A stretch of DNA of 64,000 nucleotides from NCBI GenBank assembly GCA_951406725.2, contig OX597814.1, positions 50,530,001 to 50,594,000 of the forward strand. Reading direction: 5' to 3'. A program made the position numbers and the translations under genes. Of the stretch, positions 55,829 through 64,000 are shown piece by piece; within the stretch, counting starts at the first letter, position 1, and each line of letters begins with the position of its first letter. The DNA comes from Octopus vulgaris (Eukaryota). Below the pieces are notes generated by a model that searched no databases, was not told the DNA's origin, and saw only the letters and a program-made list of their open reading frames with translations.

Positions 55829-56396
55829 TATTCTAACTGGAGTATACTGGGTTTTGTTTTTGTTTTATTTCTAAAAGAGGATCCGCCTAAACAGCTATTT
55901 TTTCTTATTTCGGATAAAGTTGTCCTGGTGGCTTAAAATCTCAGGGACATAAAAGATGATGACAACAAACTCATCTCTAAGGAAATTAATAAGATTCATA
56001 GAATGAGCTCTGTCAAATCTGGAGATCCAAATATCTTTATACAATACTACCACAATTACTGTATACTCTATGGTCTTCCAATATCAAACCAAATACATCA
56101 GAACTGAAGCATTTGAGAAGGTAACTACAAAAGGAGTGAATAACATAGCAGTAATGAGATGGATATTATTTCGGAATTTCTTTCTCCTACAGAGATGTCT
56201 AAACAAAGACTAGGGATCTTTCACGCCCATCTACCGTATGGCCGTTGACTCTAAGTTCATCTGTCTTTTGACAAGTTTTCTTTTTTCGTCCTGCCGGGCA
56301 TCCAATGAAAGCCGCTCTCCCTACCAAATCTGCCGGTTTAGTCGCCGACAGCTCGGTCATGCGACAGGCTGTACTGGGGTGTACATATACAGAGAA

Positions 56397-56429
<33 letters not shown>

Positions 56430-56459
56430 AGACGCATATGTGTTTATGTGTATATATAG

Positions 56460-56645
56460 CTTTTATCTTTTGCTTGCTTCAGTCATTTTGACTGCGGCCA
56501 TGTTGAGGCACTGCCTTGAAAAGTTTTTAGTCGAGCAAATCTACTTATTTTATCAGTCCCTTTTGCCAAGCCGCCAAATTACGTGGACATAAACACACTA
56601 ACACCGGTTGTCAATAGGGGGTGGGGGACAAACACAAACACACAC
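56460..56645 (-). mobile_element. SINE family B 3' module
   Basis: TTCAGTCATTTTGACTGCGGCCATG... is the reverse of the tail. Confidence 0.72.
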
Positions 56646-58466
56646 ACACATACATATAGTCTCGCCTGTGTCTGTCTTTTCTATCGCTTCTACCATGGCC
56701 TTTATTCCTCTGAACTATTGTCTTATATATCATGTCCATGATATGTAACGAGATATCATCTCCATCTAAATGTTCTCTTCAAGATACAACCAGTTTTTCT
56801 AAATCCAAGCACCCTTACTGCATCACCCTATTTTCCATATTAAATATCTTTATCCGCTAGTTCATTCTAGAATTCCTTCACTGTTCACATTTCTCCTGCT
56901 TATTATCAGTCTCATCAGCCTCACAAGTCTTCTTTCGCTTCCTCGCCATTAAGCTATAACAACAGAAGACATTTATATTGTCGAGTAAAAAAAAAACATG
57001 AAAATTCGACATTGCCTCATGGGTACCTTTCTACGAGGAATGTGGATCAGGATTTTTTTCTTTTTTTTTTGCGAGGACATCTACTAATTTCGAATATAAT
57101 TTACAATTTTTTTCAAGCCAAGTTAATGTTTCATGTCTTATGTACTTAAGTATCATGTGACTGAAGTTGATCACTGGCTCCATGGATACCATTATTTATT
57201 AATGGATTTACTTTGCTTACATGCAATGAGCAGGCTCAATTTGAATTTTCTAATGCTTCAAGTAAAATTAGAAATGTCATTTAAAATATAATTTTTCAGC
57301 AATGTTTTCGCTACTGTCTGGCTATCCCGGAGAGATTTATCTATCAACTGATTAACGTTTCGGAAGTCTGAGATAAATATTGTAATATATCGCTACTGTT
57401 TATAATTTACAATGATTATAAACTGTAATAAATGCTGAAATCTGTTGTAGATTGAAAAAGTACTTGCGTTAGTTGTAAATTATATACATGGCATTATTTT
57501 GTTCCAGGGTCAATCTTTATTTGTAACCATGCACACAATACCTGCCTTGCGGAATTCTTAGTAGAAAGTAGTTAAACGACTCTAGTGTAGTACTTATATG
57601 ACTTGCTCAAGACACTTCTGTACAACTGCAGTGCAATGTTACACTGCAATACTGTGTACTAAGATATGACTTGAGACGGCGCTCCTCAGTATTCTACAGA
57701 ATTTTAAGCACTAAAGTTCCTTACTACACGACAGTTCACAGTAATGTGCACATAAGTATCTGTCAAGGGAATTCATTTGGACTGTTTTTGCCTCTATGTT
57801 GTCCTACATTGCAATAAACATTCACCTTACTGGTCCTTGTAATTAACTTCTGTAGATCTTATTTTGTTTCTGTGAAACATTCACCTGAAACGTTGCTCTG
57901 CATCAAGCACCGAGTTGTTCTTTTTCTTTGCAAAGTATATATTTCAAAATTTTTACTATCATGATGTACCAATTATTAGAATACGAAATCATTTCCTTGG
58001 TAGCGTATCTATACAAATTTCGGAATAGTTTTATATGGGAAAGATAGATCACTGAAAAAAGGAAATTGCGACATGGTTTCTTTATAAATGTTAAGTAAAT
58101 TTTCTATTAAGTTTAAAACTATGTTTAACCTTTGCAAAAGCTACTTCTATGTTTACAAATTAGAGATTTGATATCAGACTAGGTAACATGTTGCATAGCT
58201 TTAAGAATAATGAGAATCATTTTTATTTTTCTTACATTACTGAAGTTATGCTATTTTCTAGATTCGTTCTGAGATAGACATCTCTTTGGTGGAGCACTTG
58301 GGTTAAGAAGTCTCTATATTTATTTTACTGACTACTAATATGATTTGGAGCACTATTTCTGAATATAAATTGTTATTTAATGCTAATACTATTTTCATGA
58401 GATATGTGTCATCTATTGGTTAAGTATAGATGTCTTAACCATGTTTTCTTATCTAGGATATTTAAC

Positions 58467-58537
<71 letters not shown>

Positions 58538-59169
58538 TAGACAAAATCATTCCTTTGGGAATTGAAGTTTTTGACAATAATCTTTCTATGTTATCTCTCA
58601 TTGGGTCTAATGGGCTTAAACTCAGTTTTCAGAACGGCTAGTAGTTAAGAATCCCAACACTGGTGTATAACAGAGAATTTGCTGTATCATGTCCTGCATG
58701 GAAGGTATCCCTGCAAATACATCTGACGGACATTCCTGAAGCCTATAACAATTTGTCTTTTGTATGCTAGCTTCCAATTTCTAGACGTCTTCCCTTCTTA
58801 AATTTACTATTTATCAAGAGGATCCATTTACTAATAAAAAACAAAAAAACAAATCTAACACCCAAGCTTTTCACAAATATTCGAGGTCTTTTTAATCTTT
58901 CTGTCAATTTTTCTTTTGTTCGATATTTCCCAATACAAAATTCTCCTGAACACCAGCTGCAAGTACCTTCTCCAATCCCTTTTCTCCGGCTCACAGATCT
59001 ATACTTAGTATGGTACCTTCCACTCTTGCAACGTAAGCAACTTCACCCACCTGTCAATGAATTCATCCGAGGACAGCATCTCCTTTCACACTCTCACTTT
59101 CCTTTTCAAGTAGAGCTTGTAAAAGTCGATGAGATCTCTACCAAAGATGGATGTCTCTGTCCTCATACT

Positions 59170-60000
59170 TTTCAACCTCGTCCATCAGACAACCTCTTTT
59201 GCCACCTCTACTGGACAAAAAAAATGTCTTACGTTGCAATCATCCCTATGGACTCGGCTGATAGACGGAACCGTCCCACACTTGACAGCAGCTGTTCGAC
59301 GTAACATCACAGGCCAACAATGCCGGGACATTGAACAAAAGCGTGTAGTGATTTCGTCACTCTGAACGCACCTTGGACAAGCCCATCTGACAGTAAGTCC
59401 GCGCCTGTAGAATTTATGTATTGCTAAAGTGGAACATCCACCGATCCCGTTGTCAGACTGGTAGAGGCCGTGAGAGCCTGAAGGTATTCTAGGTGCCAGG
59501 CGTCTCGGTTTTTCATTTACCCAGGGCTTCAGCTCCGTCAAGGACACGAACTGCGGAAAAACGTTCCACACAAATGGAGCTCCAGAAATCGTTACAAGTG
59601 ACGCAATGCAGAGTATGCTGGCAGCAGCCCGACCACCTGACCAATGTAACGCGTTCCTTCTACAAGAAAGTAAATAAAATGGGTTCCAGTCTGGTCAAGC
59701 AGTGACTGAGACAGGACAGGACGGTCAGGTTTTAAATGGTGACGAAAGCGATGTAGGCATTCGCCATCTCTACCCGACCTTTCAGGGACAGCTTCCTTTC
59801 ATCACATTTCTGGGTAAGACTGGCTATTCTGTCCATTACCTTGCCCCAGTTCTGATCCACCTGGAGAACGGGACTGAATCAGACCCCAAGCAGTTTAACT
59901 AGTCCGTCAGTCCAGCGTCCAAGGACGCTGTCCAGCAGTATTGACCTGCCTCTCCAACCGCAAGGCCACCGACTTGACAGCGTTGATTTTGGCCATGCAA
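59170..60000 (-). mobile_element. L1/Tx1-like LINE ORF2 remnant
   Basis: AKIN..KS, VKLLGV*F, RKLSLKGRVEMANAYI, WACPRCVQSDE. Confidence 0.75.
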
Positions 60001-62841
60001 CTGATTCATATTCCTTTAGAATGCTCAGACCTATCATGAAGTATTCTTTACAAGTGTTTACCTTTCTCGGATATCATTCGTGAAGCCACAACATTGGACG
60101 TTGATCTCAAAGATATCTTTATGAATGGAGTCTATCAGATATTCATTTTTGTTCTTGTTCCTTTTTCTTTTTAACTCAGAATTATTACGTATATATGTCA
60201 ACATTAAATTACATATGTTCAAGAAAAAGGTCGATAAGTGTCGGAGAAAATGTCTTGAAGTATTTAGCTGTGTTTATTTTTGTTCAAAATTCCAAAGGCA
60301 CCGAAGTTCCATTTAGCCTTTCATAGTTCTAAGTTCGACTAAAAACCACCTAATCCTGGAGTTCGTTTAATCTACTATTCTCGTACGACATATTTGTAAA
60401 TTTGTATTCATACGTTAGAGAACATTATCGCCAACAAATTGAATCATAAGAAACTTCAATGCATGATTTGGGGGCAGGGGTCCATTATTTTACGCCGTTT
60501 TATCATTACATTTCAAACGTTGATCTCTGTCTAAATTGCAACGTTGTATGACTCTCCTATGGTATAGATTCTTATAACTGTACTCCGAGACGGAAACAAC
60601 AACTTCATGCCATTCAGTCCCACGAAATATTGCAATTGCTTTTTTTATTACCTTCTCAATTTTTAATTACGACAAGTTTGGAAGGAGATACGTTTACAAC
60701 TATCATTCATTGTTATCGTTACGAGAAGTCACAAATTAGGTTGCGCTCTTACGGACTCTGTCCATTTTTTATCTCTTGTATCGGAAGCTTTATTTTTAAT
60801 CAGATTGCTCCACAAAAGTGTGGGTCGTAAGTACTCCGACTCACATTCTATACACACTCAAATGCACACGCACACATACACACACTTTCGCTTCTACACA
60901 TATAATATTGACTTCAATTTTCCTTAATCTTCGGCAGTTAGGCATGATCCACACGTATGTGAGACATCACCTGCAACATTGGAACCACATTTGTCAACAT
61001 AATCTTCGAAAAATACCGTTAGACCAATTCATAGTCAGTACACACATAAAATAGCAACTCTATATCCTTTTCTATTTATTAATAAGAGGTAGTTAAATAA
61101 AACCCTAAAAGTTACAACAAATTTTACGCTTCACATCTGATCTTTCATGGTAAACAAATATCTACATTGCTAAAACTGCATTCGAAAGGCTATGCTTCGA
61201 CAGAGAAAGAATTCTTGATCCTGAATTAAGCGCGGAGAGAGCAGAATAGAGCATTGCTCACATTTCTGTTACGGACACGAATATTCTAAAACTCACTCAT
61301 AAAAGGACACCCGACTGAATTAACAAAAATTCTCCAACATTCTACAATCAACAAATTCAACACTACAGCAATACTACATCAGTTCTTGCTTTAGAAATAG
61401 CGAGTCATTTATCCATCCCCACCCCCATATATCTTCCTAAAACATCAGCCGATTTGTTTGTTTCTTTCTTATCTTTTCCTTTAGTGGGAGGGGTCGTCCC
61501 CACTTTGTGTACCGTACTTCACACTAAATGAGGGCCAAGTCATAGCAATACTTTTACAACCCAGTTGATTAGGGACGCATATTAATCCTTGGCTGGTAGA
61601 CATAATCCGTTGCCGGGATTAACGTCACCACCTGAATCATGCTTTAGTGAAGTTCATACTCTTGCAAGCATTCAGACCAGGCTTCCGGTTTGGGAATACC
61701 TTCTTGCTTCCTCCTCCTAGCAGCCTCAAAGGCCCGATGAAAACTCATGGACACTGACCTCTCCTAACTAAAAGACAAAACAAAAGTTTCCTGATCCATA
61801 TGTTTTCCCTGCAGGAAATTTATGAGCTCTTATCTATCACATCTTAATCAAAGATTGCTTCTGTGTATATTTGATATCTCGATTTACATTAGCAAACATC
61901 TTTTTGTTTTATTTTTGCTATAAATACAACGCTTACAAATTTGAGTTGGACCATGTGACATTTTACCACTTACCATCAAAAGTTCACAACTTTCAATGCT
62001 TCACTCAAACTCACAGCTAATATGAATCACATGAATGATAATACTCATTGCTATACGGAATAAAAGTACGGTTTAACTGACGGAATCCAGTCTTCAGCTG
62101 TTATCAGTAAAGGCGCTGTATAATTGATGAATGTTCCGTTAATTTGGCAAGAAATATTGTCATGGATATTTATATACCACTATTCTGAATAATCTTAGTC
62201 TGAATTGTTCCGTAACGAAAATCCCTTCAGTTGGGTCCCCACGACTTGTGGATCACAAGTTAAAAACCTAAGCAAATGTACAGATGAATGCCTTGAAGAG
62301 AAAAAAATAAATATCTTAATGATTCTGCACTATTACTTTCTTCAGCAATCAGATTACAAGAGCTTTGTCTTCCGCTTTAATACCAGCTCTGAAGCCAGTC
62401 TCCATTCACGTGGAGTTAATGAAGAGGAGAACTATGATACATAAACCATTTGTATCATTGAGAGCTCTTACGTCTCTGTTTTATTTATCCGTGTAGGCCA
62501 ATGCTTTATCTGGAGAATTGAGCTTTCAGCTACAACAGACATATTCTTTCTATTTTCCCTATAGTATCGAACATTAAAACTCTACAATGCTATCGACCTC
62601 TTACACGACCCGACTGGGAACGGTCGTTAAAAAGCAAGCCAGCGTCATGTCTTCTCTGGAGACTCGCATAACAAAATTAATTTTTACCTTGACAGGTTTA
62701 AAGTACAGATTTATAAGCGTTTTTATAATTTTCTTCTGAACCTCGGAGAATCTCTCACATTCTCCATCTTCTACCTCACCCATTATTTAGTTATCTAATT
62801 CTCTCGGTATTATATATTCTCTATATCACTCTCAGTCTCTT

Positions 62842-62873
<32 letters not shown>

Positions 62874-62986
62874 TCTCGCTCACTTTCTGTCTAATTCTCT
62901 CAGCTTTCATCTTTCTATCTTTCTCTTGCTTATATATATATATATATATATGCATGTATGTATTTCTCCTCTATGTCTCACATTCT

Positions 62987-63017
<31 letters not shown>

Positions 63018-63330
63018 CCTCTCTCTCTCTCTCTCTCTCGCTCTCTCACTCGTCTATCATTTTTCTCACTCTTACTTTTTCTTTCAAAAGGAGACACGTT
63101 CACACAGTGTTATCGCCATTTCTCTCACGCACCACCCGTTGATTCAGTCACGCAGACTCTTCCACGCATTCCCCCTCTTCCCTCTCTTTGGCTCCCTCCC
63201 TCTCTTCCCCCTTCTCTCTCTGCATGTATGTACGTGAACATACATACTCATACGGAAGCATGTGTGTACATACAAATATGTATGTATACGTGTACATGTA
63301 CACGTATACATACATACATACATACATACA

Positions 63331-63426
<96 letters not shown>

Positions 63427-63460
63427 TTTCAACATCCGTATTTCAATATATTTTCTATGT

Positions 63461-63674
63461 AAGGCGGCGAACTGGTAGAAACGCCAGCAACGCCGGGCGA
63501 AATGCTTAGTTGTATTTCGTCTGTCTTTACGTTCGGAGTTCAAATTCCGCCGAGGTCGACTTTGCCTTTCATCCTTTCGGGTCGATAAATTAAGAACCAG
63601 TTGCGAACTGGTTTCGATCTAACCGACTGGCCCCCTCCCCAAAAATGTCCGGCCTTGTACCTAGAGTAGAAAAG
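63461..63674 (+). mobile_element. SINE family A, tail type 2, with ~15-bp TSD
   Basis: TSD AATATATTT(T)CTATGT at 63445-63460 and 63675-63689. Confidence 0.92.
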
Positions 63675-63931
63675 AATATATTTCTATGTGTATTATTCCA
63701 TGTCTATGGAACTTATACATTTTGTAATAGCACCACTTGTGCACTCTGCCCATTACATAACATGATATATACATGGAGTTGTGTTTTGGTTTAAGTTTTC
63801 AGAGTATTCTTTTATCTATCTATATCTGTTTGTGTGTATGAATATATATATATTCACACACCACTCACACATATACATGTATGTGTGTATGTATGTATCT
63901 ATCAATACTGACATATGTATACATATGCATG

Positions 63932-63997
<66 letters not shown>

Positions 63998-64000
63998 CAC

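Noticed and set aside
60850-61420. Faint PLE/LINE-like peptide traces (also 10990-11160, 22500-22900, 23700-23960, 62600-62760)
   Set aside because: Too degraded to call without an alignment

Overview
This is AT-rich, repeat-dominated animal DNA; the SINE families and extreme microsatellite density suggest an octopus/cephalopod (inference). I recognise no host protein-coding gene, only a weak three-exon candidate at 6.2-9.6 kb. Nearly all supplied long ORFs are microsatellite artefacts or decayed transposon frames. The window is a nested TE graveyard: CR1/Jockey-like, RTE, L1/Tx1 and R4/Dong LINE remnants; Penelope-like element (PLE) RT and GIY-YIG remnants; Tc1/mariner, piggyBac, Merlin, hAT and pogo/Tigger-type DNA elements; and at least three tRNA-headed SINE families. 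The most striking signal is a dense set of type I hammerhead ribozyme (HHR) motifs, about 9 near-complete plus truncated ones from several unrelated sequence families. They include a 224-nt tandem HHR repeat (retrozyme/pLTR-like, dimer-dependent) and two ~250-bp palindromes whose axes lie at an HHR, both with 13-bp spacers. Also notable are an exact 79-bp inverted templated insertion copied from 4.6 kb away, a TTAGGG tract enclosed by inverted repeats, and LINE-SINE 3' tail sharing with covariation. All family assignments come from motif recognition by eye, not from database searches.
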